A DNA stretch of 63,920 nt, filler included, from Atractiella rhizophila (taxonomy: Eukaryota): NCBI GenBank assembly GCA_021432655.1. It is 5 parts of 5 records of this genome, joined end to end, with 100 filler letters (N's around TTAATTAATTAA, not from the genome) between each part and the next. Parts side by side here need not be neighbours in the genome. Positions count along the whole stretch, not along the records: positions 38,879 to 51,646 come from MU272000.1; positions 51,747 to 63,920 come from MU272011.1; 3 more parts are not named here. One strand, given 5' to 3'. The position numbers and the translations under genes were made by a program. The notes under the pieces are model-generated. The model did no database searches and was not told the DNA's origin. It saw only the letters and a list, made by a program, of their open reading frames with translations. Positions 51,483 through 63,920 of this stretch are shown piece after piece (position 1 is the first letter of the stretch; each line of letters begins with the position of its first letter).

Positions 51483-51646
51483 TGAAGTCGCTTATCCCGG
51501 ACTAGAGGGAGAGTTCGAAGTTGAGAATAAACGTTTGATGGGCAAACACCAAAGCAGTTTAGTGAAAAAGAACTAGAGCAGCAACTAGTGGTTTTGCAAT
51601 GGAAAAATGCGCTTTTCAACACTATAATTGACCCAAAGTACACTGA
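51483..51646 (-). repeat. 5' LTR of element B (U5 end only, truncated by gap)
   Basis: Matches 42565-42727 with 7 substitutions and 1 indel by manual alignment. Confidence 0.9.
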
Positions 51647-51746
51647 NNNNNNNNNNNNNNNNNNNNNNNNNNNNNNNNNNNNNNNNNNNNTTAATTAATT
51701 AANNNNNNNNNNNNNNNNNNNNNNNNNNNNNNNNNNNNNNNNNNNN
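51647..51746. other. Artificial 100-bp contig join
   Basis: N run with TTAATTAATTAA. Confidence 0.97.
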
Positions 51747-52390
51747 CGAACACCGAACATTGCCTATTTCGGACGACTGAAATTGAACTTGAACTGTTCT
51801 CGACCGAAGGGAAGTCAGGGCTAACTTGAAAGCCATTCCACTTCGTGGGACTGTGATACGTTTGAGGTGGAGTTGTGCAGCGCCAGGGTCAATAGTCGAG
51901 GTAACGCCTTTCATTTATTGAGAATTGGCTGTCGAACTTGGAACGTGACACGTACTGAACTTGAACGTTGTACCGCTTGAAGCTTTGAACACTGAAGCTG
52001 AAGGGACACCCCTTCGTGCCCTCTATATTCATTTTACCCTCTCGATTCATTCTGGAGCGAATAGTTTTCTCGTTCGCTCATACACGCGGAGTTGTTGTAG
52101 GACAATGCCTGTGATAGGATTTCATGATCTCAATGTGCTCATCCATGGAATCCTTCTTTAGGCTGCAAAACGGTGATCATAATACAGATATCATGTCAGC
52201 TTCTTTCTATATATTAGCCTTCCACACCATTTTACCTACGGTGCCAGATATATGACATCATATGAACACTCCTGACTTGTTTTGCAGGTAGAGAGCCATT
52301 CCAATATCCAGCTCTCAAATTTCCGTCAGCTTTCTTCATCCAACTCACCAGCGATTTTTGATTACATTCACCAATTCCGGGGGTTGCGAA

Positions 52391-53629
52391 ATGGCTCAAA
52401 ATCTGCCCCCAGAGGTTGTTGCTCACATCCTTTCGGAGCATGAGCGACAAATCGATGTTTCCTGGTCCCTCATGTCTGACCTCTCGTTGATCATCTTGCC
52501 TGGTATCTGAGGATGATATAGTGCACGAAATTGGACTCACGAAGTTCGACGGGCTTTCTTTCGCAATGTGACTCTGCACACACAAAGCACAAGCACCGCG
52601 GATAAGCCTTCCGTCAAGGCGTTCAAGCGTGCCCTCAAATCACAGGCGTTCTTGTGGTTAAAGGGGATGGTACAATCCCTCATGCTAATGTGTTGGAACC
52701 CTTTCCCGAATGAGGAAAAGGGATCAATGTGGGAGCAGATGAGGACAAATATTTCCAAGCTTTGGACTGAAACGACAGACAGAGACTTGATCTCGCTCGA
52801 GGACTATCCGAGGAAACTGCCAGCACTCAGAAACGTTTTTATTTTCCGCCACTCAGCCGCACCATGCTTTACGACAGAGAACGTTCTCATGCCATTTTGT
52901 GGACTGTCGCTCGATTCTTTTTCGATCTTTGACGACACTTTCTTTTCTTTGTTCCCGGGATGTAACCCTCTGTTCAACAGCCTTACTCTGAAAAGCTTTA
53001 GCATTGAAATGCGACGACCGTTTAAGTTCCAGAGTTGGAACGAGAAGGAAAGGCTTCAGCTTTCTCCTCTTCAAACTCTTAGTTTCAATTACGATGACAG
53101 CACCTATCATCGACACTTCTCCCATGATTTCGAGAGCCTTTTGACCTGCACATCTTCTATCCAAGAGTTGTGCGTCGGTTATTTTTCGATCACGACACTT
53201 CCCACACTCGGCAATCTGCCTGTCATTCTAGGCCTCAAGAATCTTTCCCTTTGGAGCTTCATCTGTCCAGAAGCGGTTCTCAACGAGCTCATCTCCTCTT
53301 TCAAAGTTTTGGAATATCTCGCTTTAAGCAGAGTGCAGTGGACCGCAAGCCTGTTTTCTCACTTGCCACATTCTTTACGCTCTCTCAGCTTATCGATTCC
53401 AAATACTTCATATGTGACACCAACAGAGATTCAAGATGCAATCCTTGAGAGGGCGGCAGGCACATGGGCACATGTACCTCTCCTCGCACACTTCACGTGT
53501 GAGGCGAACCTGGAAATTATGCCGCCAGAGCCATTATGGGACAACGGGAGCTGTGCAAGTTTGGAAATGAAGTTGAAAGATAGCAGAAAGGAGTGTAGTT
53601 TCAAGTTTCGCTGCAAAATCTGGCGCTAG
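52391..53629 (+). CDS. F-box-like/LRR protein; 5' structure unresolved, possibly pseudogene
   Basis: MAQNLPPEVVAHIL at 52391 is in frame with RNWTHEVRRAFFRNVTL and the 353-aa LRR-like ORF (LPALRNVFI, LKNLSLWS, LPHSLRSLSL). Two TGA codons near 52508-52516 need an intron or are lesions. Confidence 0.6.
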
Positions 53630-54553
53630 ACTTTCTCAACATTTACTCTTCGTTCTCCTCCTCCGTACTCCGTCAATAGCTATTTACACCTTGATATTGT
53701 GATTCAAGTGCCACTCAAATATTCTATGGAATGTTCTCCAAAAGCATTTCAAAAGAGAAAGCATATCGTCCGTATTGCCCAACAGTTGTGCTGCTCAAGC
53801 GTCTCTTTTAAGTCCGTTTACAAGGGACAGCAGCAATCAACTTGATGCGTGACCCGTCCAGTTTTTTTGGGTTGCATTGGAGAGTAAGCAATACTATCAG
53901 ATTTTAGTGCTCCCATTAGATAGGTGCTAGGACCTAGCTGGTCTCCGTTAGATAGAATCGTACGACCCTACTTTCGGCAAAGCCGGTTTGCATGAATGGA
54001 TTTCTTAATTTGAAGGAGATGAGCAAGAAAAGCAAAGCAGATCCCTCTTTATTTGGTATCACTGAGGCGAGCAAGGTGGATCATTTGCTACGACACATTA
54101 CATGTCACTAGCTTCACAAAATTCTGAAGCAGTCGCTGCGAGCACTGGAGAAGTGGAGGCGAATCTGCTGCAGCATGATTGATGTCATCCTCTATTACAC
54201 AAGAATGTTCAAAAGACTCTAAATCCACCTAATCCAAAGCGAAGCAGCTACGTGTAATTCTTTTGCCCGTTTTCCTCTGTCGACCAGCATGCTGGATTCG
54301 TCCTGCGCAAAGATTCGCAAAGATGATTGCAGTCTCCTCCCCATCGACATTGACATTGACAAGCAACTCCGCCGTGATACTTAGCGCTCAGAGTCACGTC
54401 CAACAGCACTCAACCAGACTAACGATAAAATGGGATCTCCACTGTGGCTCCGAACGATGCGAAAGTCGACGCACCGGAAGTTAGGACTCTCCGTCCCTGT
54501 CAAAGATTGCGTTCAACTGGTGGTGACAGGGACTGAATGTGCGGAGGCGATAG

Positions 54554-55005
54554 NNNNNNNNNNNNNNNNNNNNNNNNNNNNNNNNNNNNNNNNNNNNNNN
54601 NNNNNNNNNNNNNNNNNNNNNNNNNNNNNNNNNNNNNNNNNNNNNNNNNNNNNNNNNNNNNNNNNNNNNNNNNNNNNNNNNNNNNNNNNNNNNNNNNNNN
54701 NNNNNNNNNNNNNNNNNNNNNNNNNNNNNNNNNNNNNNNNNNNNNNNNNNNNNNNNNNNNNNNNNNNNNNNNNNNNNNNNNNNNNNNNNNNNNNNNNNNN
54801 NNNNNNNNNNNNNNNNNNNNNNNNNNNNNNNNNNNNNNNNNNNNNNNNNNNNNNNNNNNNNNNNNNNNNNNNNNNNNNNNNNNNNNNNNNNNNNNNNNNN
54901 NNNNNNNNNNNNNNNNNNNNNNNNNNNNNNNNNNNNNNNNNNNNNNNNNNNNNNNNNNNNNNNNNNNNNNNNNNNNNNNNNNNNNNNNNNNNNNNNNNNN
55001 NNNNN
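54554..55005. other. Sized scaffold gap (452 N)
   Basis: N run. Confidence 0.98.
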
Positions 55006-55925
55006 CTTATTCCCGAATGAACTCATGAACTCGATCTTCATCGCTTCATAGCCAAGCATATTAATCATAGCTTTAATTTCTTGTTCCCAAGCTCACTTCG
55101 GTCCAAATCCCTGCTGCAGCAACTCCACAGAGAAAGAGAAAGCAACTCCGACAGAAAGCAAGGAGAAGAAGATGCCAGATCAGAGGCTCTCCGAAGTTAT
55201 CCACACATACAAGGTGGATTAATAAGAGTTATCCCACAATTCCCTCGGTGGTTATCATAGGCGGACGCTGATACACATGCACATGGCACGTTCGGACTCC
55301 GGGTGCGCTGCCAACCTTAAGAGGCTAGGTCGTGATCTTGGTGTGCTATGTGCGTGGCATGCCAAAGTCTCCCGTTCCGATACATACACGACCATCTCCT
55401 CTCTCTTCTCTCTGCTCGTCCTGATAGTGGTGAGTAGCAGATTTGTGAGTGTTGGTTGGAAGTTTACTGGGTCGACAGTTGGAAGTGGAAGAGATCGGCA
55501 ACTCCGTCGGCCCTTAGGTGGTCAATTCACGTACACAGAGTATGTCCTTCTTCCTTCTCCCACTTCTTCTTCTTCCCTTGGCTGGCATATTATCCATCCA
55601 CTGCCATAACGACATAGCATTCCCCATTCCTCTAATCACAACAAGCATCTAACTACGCATCGTCGATGAAGAGCCCAGAGCACAGCAAACCAACCTCCCG
55701 ACGGTCTCGCGACTTTGCGCTCTTCAAAACCGAGCCACCACCACCACCCACAGATCAACACCGACGAATTCCCTCCCTTCCCCTCCTCCTCTCCCTACTA
55801 CGGCCCACCGCGCTCCGCCTCGCCCTCCCGCGAGCCCATCAACCTCCCCTCCTCCTCCTCCCGCTCCCCGCGCCATCAAGGCCTAGAAGGACCTCGAGCA
55901 CCAAGTCATCCCCAACACAAAGAGG

Positions 55926-58900
55926 ATGGCCGCCCCGACGCCGAGTCAGAAACTGACCATCCGTCCTCCGCCTCATGTAGACTTCGTACAGGGCTTCCCG
56001 GGTGTCCCGCCTCTTCCTATCACCTTGCAGATCAACTCGCCAAAGGGTCAGGGCCAGAGGTTGCCCGCTCATTTGGCGGGTACGGTAGAGATTAGACCTG
56101 GACCGAAGGGTGTCAAGGTGTCCTGGTTGCGCATAGAGTTGAAGAAGGTCGAAATCGTCCCGGCGGGGACGGAGGGTGGAGGGAGGGAGAGACATGCTGA
56201 GTTGATTGGGAGTGGGCCGCAGGTGTTGTGGAGGAAGGGGAAGGCCGGTGCAAAGGCTGACGAGGAGTGGGAAACCATGATGAATGTGCGTATCTTTCTT
56301 TGTTGATCTTTTTTATCTTTATCTTTTTGATGGGGTTGTGTGCTTTATTTCGGAGTGGAGTTCTATCGTCTGAAGGGTGTGCGTGTAACTTTTATGGGAG
56401 AAGGAGGAGAAGAAGTGTTTTGTTGTCTCTCAGATGGGAGGGAGTTATTTTAATGCTTTCTTTTTCTGGTGACGGGGTAGCTGGAATTCCTTGCTCGCTC
56501 TGTCTCGCTGAGGGTGACCCCTTGTGTGGGTGAAAGCTTCCACGTTGGATATCCAGCGAGGTGACAATCCGTGGAGATTGTGAGGGTGAAGATCCTGTCA
56601 AAGTTTCCCTCATCACATTCTTCTCATGTGTTCCACTTCCGTCACGGAACACCAAGCAGTTCCAATTCATTGTTCTCTTTCCCAACACCATTCAAGATGG
56701 ATCGTAGGATCATTTCCTCTTGATCCGTTTGGGAGAAAGCTGCACGAACCAGTCAGTGCAGGGCAACGGGCCGGTGAACCTCCGCACGTTCTCCTCCTGC
56801 ATCTCGCATCTCCTTCTCATTCTCCACAAACCCAAAAGCACGTGCATGCATTGCTAATGAATGAAAAAAACAGCGCGACTTTCCCTTCTCGATCGCCATC
56901 CCCGAAGGTCTGCCGCCCACCGTCGTCCTCGACGCCAAAGGCTGTGGAGTCTTCTACGAACTCGTAGCCTCCCTAGCGACAAAGCCGAAAAAGTCTTTCC
57001 TCTCCTCGTCGAAACAACCGCTGCTCATTCAAACTGTGCCGATAACGTTGGAGAAACATGACCTGCATTGCGCTTGGCCGATTTATCGTCCTATCCCGCC
57101 GGAGACTAGGAATGTCATTTTGCAGGAAGAGACGGGAGGCGTGGCGATGAGCTTTGAGAGGAAACTCACTTGTTATGGACCGGGAGATAGCGTTTGGGTC
57201 AGACTTGTTTTTAAGAGTGAGAGAGTTCGACCGGTACGGGTCAGGGGAATTGAGGTTGTGATTTCCGAAACGGTGCGTACCAACCCTGCTTTCTAAAGAA
57301 AGATGTAATTGATGGGACATCGGTGGATGGGAATAGATAACTTTCCGTCCAATGGTGACGAACTCGAAAGGATCGAAAACGCTCTCCACGAATGCAGAAC
57401 AACGAACGTCGCTGATCGTAGACTCCAAAGTCGTTCCCAACCAGATGCTCTATCGTGGAGAGCCCTTCACCATAGACATCAAAGGCACCGTCCCACCGAA
57501 CCATCCTCGAGTGACGGTCCGGACGGCGAAGCACATCCAGGTGGCTTACCAACTTGCGGTCCGTGCGCTCCTCGACGGATTCGAGAATGGAAAGGACAGG
57601 GAACTCATCGTCGATCATCTTCCCACTACTATTTCCGGGTTCCCGTTTAAGCAGGGAGCGTTGTTGTTGGAGAAGATTGGATGGGATGAGCGTTTGTGTG
57701 CTGGGAGGGGGATGCCGGAGAGTGGGAATTCGAGCGGTCAGGGGATCAGTCCGGGACCTTCGACGTCTATCCCTCAGGAAGATAAACCGCTGCCTACACC
57801 GGCGAATTTGAGCAGTGGTATAGCGACGGGATCTGGAGACAATCGGTTCGCGAATGGCTCTGGTTCTTCGAGGCTCTCGATGGCCCCTAACCAGCTTCCA
57901 ACTCATCAGCAATCTCCTCCGGGTTCGAGATTGACGACTCCGACCACAGTTCCTCAGCCGAACTTTGGAGGGTTTTCTGAGACGTTCGCGACCGGAGTGG
58001 CAGCAGGATTTGCTGGAGGTCCTTCCGGAATTGGAGGCGCTTCACCAAACGGAAGGCCGTTAAATTCGAAGTCGAGCAGCGGTCAACTGTCGGTCAACAA
58101 TGTGCCACAGTCAGCTCGTCCTGGATTCGCCTCAGCTACATCCTCACCTCTTCATCCAGCTTCTGCCTTCCCTACTTCCCCAGCTGTCGCACCCGGCGCT
58201 TCTTATTCCCCGGCAGCTCCTCCCTTGTCCAGCATCGGCGCTAGTTCTGGTTATGTGCCACCCCCGCCGCCGTTGGGTGAGAAAGCACAGTTGATGGCTG
58301 CAGACGGCATTAGTGCAAGCCTGCCGTCTACAAATCAAACAGGTTCGTGCCCTTCTCTCTTTCTCTTGCAGGTAGGAGACTGATAAGTTGTGGGCTTGAC
58401 AAAGGGAGAGGGGCCGGGTTTCGGGTCACGAACCTTTCGTCAGAGGAGAGAAAGCCGGCGTGGCAATCGGCGGAGGATGAAAAGAGGCGATTGGGAGAGA
58501 AACTTGCACTGGAGAGGCAGCAGGAAAGTGGCTTGCAGCGTCAGGGTACATCCTCTGCACTACCCGTGTCTCAACCTTCCCCGTCCCCTCAACCTCAACC
58601 CCAACTCCAACAGCAACAACCAACTCAGGCTTACCCGTCGGCTGCAGACGAGAAGGCGAGATTGTTCCGGGAAGCGAAAGAGATGGCTAATAGGAGCCAA
58701 TCCGAAGCTCAGGCACAGGAAGCGATGCCCATGTCGATGAATAACGCTAACCCGACCACGAATGGCAGCGTGCAGGCGATCAATGGGGCTGGATACACGC
58801 AACAGCCTCAGCAACTGGCGTTTAACCAGTACCCGATGTCGAACATGACGAATGGTCAAAGTGGGATGCACAGCGCTAATCCTACCCTTCAACATGCTCC

Positions 58901-60480
58901 ATATCCTACTAGCAACAATATTCTGACGCATGCTCCTTATCCCACTTCGACGTATCCAATGCCAGGGTTTGGATACACATCTTATGGTCATACAAGTATG
59001 TTGCTTGAAAATGTTACATGCTTCTGTACTGATTCAGTCGACTAGGTACAGGATCAACGTCTTCACCTATGCCCGCTCCTTCTCCGACGCCATCTGCAAC
59101 GTCCGGTCCACCGCCTACAGACGAGAAGGCTCAAGTCGCGGCTTACTACAAAGCGAAAGAAGAAACGGAGAGGTTCCGATCAGGATTGGCGCCAAGTAGT
59201 GGATCGTCCTCGACATCCCTCACGCCGAACCAGGGAGGTGCCAATTTGCACTCCTCACCTTCGGTTAGAAACAAGAACAACTTTTATCCCACCAACGCTA
59301 TCCCCGCCAACCCGACATCTGGTAACACCCTTTACTCGCAGTCAGTAGTCGGATCTGCGAACGGCAATGCTAACTCCAACATCATCCCCGGCGCTTTATT
59401 GCCCCAAGCTACAGGCACGTCGAGCGCAGGCAATGCAGCTACCACACTGACTGACGGTTCGCTTCTTGTTTTTGTTACTCTTTGAGGTGAGGCTCACGTT
59501 CCCGGGTAGAACGAATGCGGTACTACGAGGCTATTCGTGCGAGAGACGCGGTTTCGAACCCTGGTGCTGCTCCGTCCCCTGTGCCTTACAAGTCGGCGGA
59601 GGAAGAGAAAGCTGGTATGTCGTTTCCGCAATGAACCGCGTTGTGATATTCTGATGTGGGACGCAACACAGAATTGAAGCGCCAGCTGGAAAAATCAGAG
59701 ATCACGCCACAACCTCAACAGCCTCAGCCACAAATGCCTCAACCGCAAACAGACGCGCTGCCCAACTACGGCGTACCTCCTCCACCGCAGCGATCAGAGA
59801 AGGCGGAAATGGCAGCTTATTACGCTGCGCGCGAGGCTACCGAACGCTTCACAGCGGCTGAAGAAGGTGGCCCCGATCCGGCTCCTACCACCCAAGTGAA
59901 CGCTGCTCCAGGGCCTGCTGCTCATTCCTATGCGTTCCAAGGTCCCCCAGCCAGCTCCTCTTTCTCTTCGACTCCCCAGCGACGAGCGAGCCAGATGTCG
60001 CAGGATTCTGATGGGTCGATTGAGAGGCGGGATCCGGAGATTTCGAAAGGCAAGCGACCTATGCGATCTGGTGCTCATTCGCCGGAATTGCATCAAACGC
60101 ACCAACAGCCAGCGTATAACAGTCCTCAGATGATACCAGAGGAACCGTCCCAGCCTCAGAATAACTTTTATCAATACAATCAGCCAATGCAGCAGCAGCA
60201 AATGCCTCCTCAATCTCAGCCAATGGGTCAGATGGGAATGCAGTCACCGCTTGCTCATGCTCCTTATCCTACCATGCCGACCGGTCAATATCCGTACAAC
60301 TTCCTACCAAGCATGCCTGTCAACGCAACAGCGTATTGGCAACAACAACAACAGCAGCAGCAGCAGCCTGGCATGGGAACGTATCAGGGCTTCAATGCGT
60401 ATTCGATGTATGGATATCCAAACGCGAATGCACAAGGAAATGGAGCTGCCCCACCGAGACCTGCGAAGGTTCCTTACTAA
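55926..60480 (+). CDS. Alpha-arrestin (arrestin N/C domains) with long Pro/Gln-rich tail, multi-exon
   Basis: LTIRPPPHVDFVQGFPGVP, GTVEIR..WLRIELKKVE, DFPFSIAIPEGLPPT, YELVASL, KHDLHCAWPIY, CYGPGD, TVRTAKHIQVAYQLAVRA. First intron 56286-56873. Confidence 0.85.
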
Positions 60481-61060
60481 CTCACCGTCCTCCCCTCCGG
60501 CGCACCCTCCCGACATCACCTTCGCCCTCTGGTTGTTTGGTTCAAAGATGGAATGGATTCATTGGACTAGATCCCTCATTTAGTACTTCTATCTTATTCT
60601 CATCCTTTCCTCCCTTCCCCTTGTTCTTTGGGACCTTCGTGTTGATTTCATATTTCCCTGCGCTACATTTTGCCTGAAACAACATTCTCTTCTCTTTCCA
60701 CCTCTTTCTGCTTCGCTTTGCTTTTGGTATACAACGCTTTCGGGTGACTCCTGTTCTTTTCTTTTCTTTTTACTTTGTTCATCGAAAACGGCTCAAGGTA
60801 GAGCCTTCTTTGTTCAGATTTTCACTTCATGATTGATCGATCGATGGACGGATAGAAGGACGAATCGATGGGATGTGCTAGTTTGGTCTTGTCTTTACAG
60901 CTCTAATAGGTGAAAATCAAAGTAGGTAATCATCATGATCAGCGTCACATTGACAGTTGCTCCGCTGTTCCTCCGCATCAAATCAGTCCAAACGATCAAA
61001 CGATCAACGCATGGAATTCCCTTTTGAATATCCCTCAAACCACAACAAGAAAACGAAACA

Positions 61061-62742
61061 TCACACTAATCCCTTCTTCCTATCCTCCCTCCACCTCTCC
61101 CTCAGAGGATTCTTGATCAAATCCCGCGCCTTCTTGGTGAAGGAAGACTCGCCGCTCTCCAATCCCCAGACGTGTATTCGGTCGGGATCGAGCACTTCGA
61201 GGTGGGGAGAGTAGGATGTGGATTCCCATAAATGGTACCTGTACCCATCATCCGCATTTGTTCGTTAGCGACTAAAGCGTCTGTGGTAGAGGAGGGCGAC
61301 GAACGCGAATTGTTTGGAACGTTTGAAGTCGTATGAGAGTGATTTGTGGACGAGGTCGAGGTGCTCGTCGTGCCTTTGCATCGTTCAGTCGTTAGTCTTT
61401 AGTGTTTAGAGTGGAAGAGAAGAGAGGACGGACCAAAGAGGCCAGAAGAACGCTCGCTTGTCTAAGACTGCGACCTCGTACGGATTTTTTAGCGCCAGTT
61501 CCTGTCCACATACACAAGCATAGTTGGTGACGGACGACAGTTAAGAATGAAGGAAACGAACGTATGGTTTTGATACGCTGTGTGCGGCCTGTATGCAAAC
61601 CAGGTGTTCAGAATTGAGAGGTGTCAAGTTTAGAGTGATGGAGAAACGAATTTAAAGATGAGGAAGAAGGAGAGACGCACCCATAGGCCTTTATCAAAGG
61701 TTCGATAGCTTTGATACCACCTGCTGATGAATGGAGCCCACGGTTGGGCGAGAATGATGGCGTTGCATAGCCCAGAGGGTTCGACGAGGGATGGGTCCGG
61801 TTGGGCTTCGATTCCCATCACTACCGGAAGGTGGTAGAGGGGCGAGAAAGGGCGGAGGACGAATACGTCTAGGTCTCTTCATGATATGTTTCAGCATTCA
61901 GTCGACAAGGGAAGGATTGGCGTGGCGCACAGGTAAACTGGGAGGTGAAACGTTAGAGGAATATATATGAGGAAAGGATCGAGAGACTTACTGCCTCCAT
62001 AATGCAATAAGGCCTCCAACCTTACAATATCCGCCTTATGAGCCCAATGTTCCACCGGTCTTCCCCAAATGGATGTGACGTCCACCACCCTCCTGACCTC
62101 CACCTTAGCCTCCTTCCCGCTCTCTCCGATCCACCTCTCCTCCAACACGCGGTCCCACCACCAATTCTCTCCCTTCTTCGGAGGGTTCATGGTCCAAAAG
62201 AACACTCTGTCAGGTTTGATGTGCGTGATGCCGGAGAGGAAACAGAGGTAGTGGACGAAGCCGAACGACTTCTCACGTGGCGGGGAGGTTGGCGAGGTGG
62301 AAGAGAGGAAGAATGAATAGTGGATGTATGGCGGGATGAGTCTGTTCGCCTGTATCGACCAGTTCGCATGCAGCGGCGCACTCGCTGCATTCTCCAGCTC
62401 TGGCGTCAAAGATAATGAGGAAGGAGAGAAGTCCTCGACGGGCAGAGGGATGACCGCGTCCACATCGCTGCCGTACCAATTGTATCCCTCGGCGGGCCGT
62501 ACGAGGTGGTTGGGCGGCACGAGGAAGGGGACGTTGGAGGGGCTGCTGCTCGAGAGCGACGGCGGGGAGGAGCGTCGGCCCCAGAGGTAGCCGATGAGGA
62601 AGGGGGGGAGCAGCCACGCGAGCAGCCGGAGCAGCGACGCACGCCGGGAGAAGGGGCGCGAGGGGCCGTACACGGGCGAGGTGGACGTGGATAGGGGACG
62701 GATGGAGAAGCGTGGTAGTGTGCGCATCTTCGCACTTTTCAT
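61061..62742 (-). CDS. Glycosyltransferase family 32 (DxD sugar-binding) type II membrane protein, multi-exon
   Basis: Short basic N-terminus plus TM, IPPYIHY, HWAHKADIVRLEALLHYGG, LDVFVLRP, GLCNAIILA..FISRWYQSYRTF, YHLWES; stop at 61061. Confidence 0.85.
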
Positions 62743-62830
62743 CGCGACGAGACAAGACGTGGAGGGCAGAGGGTATTACATAATCCGCAATGCAGAAACT
62801 GTATGGTCACGTGATAAGCATGAAAGAATG

Positions 62831-63920
62831 TCAGTCGTCTTCCTCATCCGTCATTTCATCCTCAAACGCCATCCCTCCCTCTCTCTTCCTCCACCGCCAT
62901 CCATCGCTCTTTGGCCCCACTCTTCTAGGGACAAGTATTGAGCTCCATCCCCTCTCTCTAGCAACCAAACATCCAATCAGCGTCCACTTCCATGAAATGT
63001 GGAATAATTGCAGATGGAAGGAGACGCACGGAGTGAGATTGAAGAAGTCCCGCAGGTTCTCAACTCCTCCGAAATCATACGGATTCCGATACACCTCCCC
63101 TCGTGCCCTCATCACTTTCGTGTAGTACTCATTGTCATAGCTCTCAACGGTGGTTTGTCCTCCCCACACCAGAGCAAACTATCTTTTCATCAGCTTCTTC
63201 TTTCCACCAAAAGACATAGGGGAGACGGGAGAAAGAGAAAGACAGGAGGACGAACCTGCCACACCCCCATCACGCCCGCACACAGCGCCATCGCGGCGGC
63301 GAGGACCCAGCTGAGGAGGACGGCGAAACGAGGGGTTAGGTGGTCCCACGATTTGGTGTAGCTGATCGCGTCCATGAGAGCGCTCCAACCGGAGACGCAG
63401 TAGACGAGGCAGGCGGTGGGGAAGTAGAGGAGGAAGAGGAGGAAGTAGCGTTCGTTGTGTAGACCGACGCAGGATGAGAGCCACGGACAGTGGTGGTCGT
63501 ACCTGTCCACACAACCCACACATTAAGTGTGTTCTGAGATTGCATGTTAGAGAGTGAAAACACACTTGAGGATGCAGGTGCCACATATTCTGGGACATTT
63601 CGCATTAGAGATTGGAAGGATTAGAGTGTGGGATGGGGGACGGACCGACAGTGATGTGCTCGAGCTGGTTTGAGGTTGGCAGTTTCTGGGCATTTTCGAC
63701 AACGGCGAGGGGCATCGTTAAGTGAGATAGGGGAAGAAGGAGGAGAGGTAGATGGTGTGCCTGGCGGTGTAGTTACCGCCTGGTAGTACGTCCATAGGAA
63801 CCTTTATGAACCAGCGTCAGTTTGCCATCAGCATACATGAAAAGGAGCGCACATGTAGGTGAGATATAAGGAGAAAAGGAGGAATAGAAAATGGGAGAGG
63901 GGAGAAGAAGGGAAGACGGA
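62831..63920 (-). CDS. DHHC palmitoyltransferase (ZDHHC16-like), 5' end outside window
   Basis: [63 protein letters not shown]. Confidence 0.93.

Larger units (their letters stand above)
42565..51646 (-). mobile_element. Ty3/Gypsy LTR retrotransposon B, near full length, defective
   Basis: Two LTR copies, PBS-like TGGCATTCAGAGAGAGG next to the 5' LTR, PPT (43371-43385) next to the 3' LTR, and gag-PR-RT-RH-INT order. Confidence 0.93.

Noticed and set aside
54430..55068. Long ORFs spanning the 452-N gap
   Set aside because: Length comes from N codons only
60340..60366. (CAA/CAG)9 microsatellite
   Set aside because: Ordinary coding poly-Gln in the arrestin tail

Overview
Eukaryotic, intron-rich fungal DNA. 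It is most likely a basidiomycete, possibly Pucciniomycotina, inferred from short GTRNGT..YAG introns, the DUF6534 family and the TE types. The window is a draft scaffold with four artificial 100-bp N/TTAATTAATTAA joins, one 25-N gap and one 452-N gap. Recognisable host genes: CCDC174/DUF4078, a DUF6534 membrane protein, a Hos1-like HDAC, Ric8 (cut by a gap), a GNAT acetyltransferase, several F-box/LRR-like genes, NDUFS4, TSC10/KDSR, an alpha-arrestin, a GT32 glycosyltransferase and a DHHC palmitoyltransferase. Mobile DNA: three decayed hAT elements, a DIRS/Ngaro-like remnant, two Ty3/Gypsy elements and a 282-bp Helitron-like insert. Main hidden signals: (1) 34618-35798 is written backwards (reversed, not complemented) and hides the Zn(II)2Cys6 5' half of a transcription-factor gene that no six-frame scan can see; (2) the large Gypsy element carries a spliced antisense accessory gene between integrase and the 3' LTR; (3) the other Gypsy element shows Tf1-like self-priming and a -1 frameshift signal. 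All family calls come from motifs recognised by eye; no searches were run.
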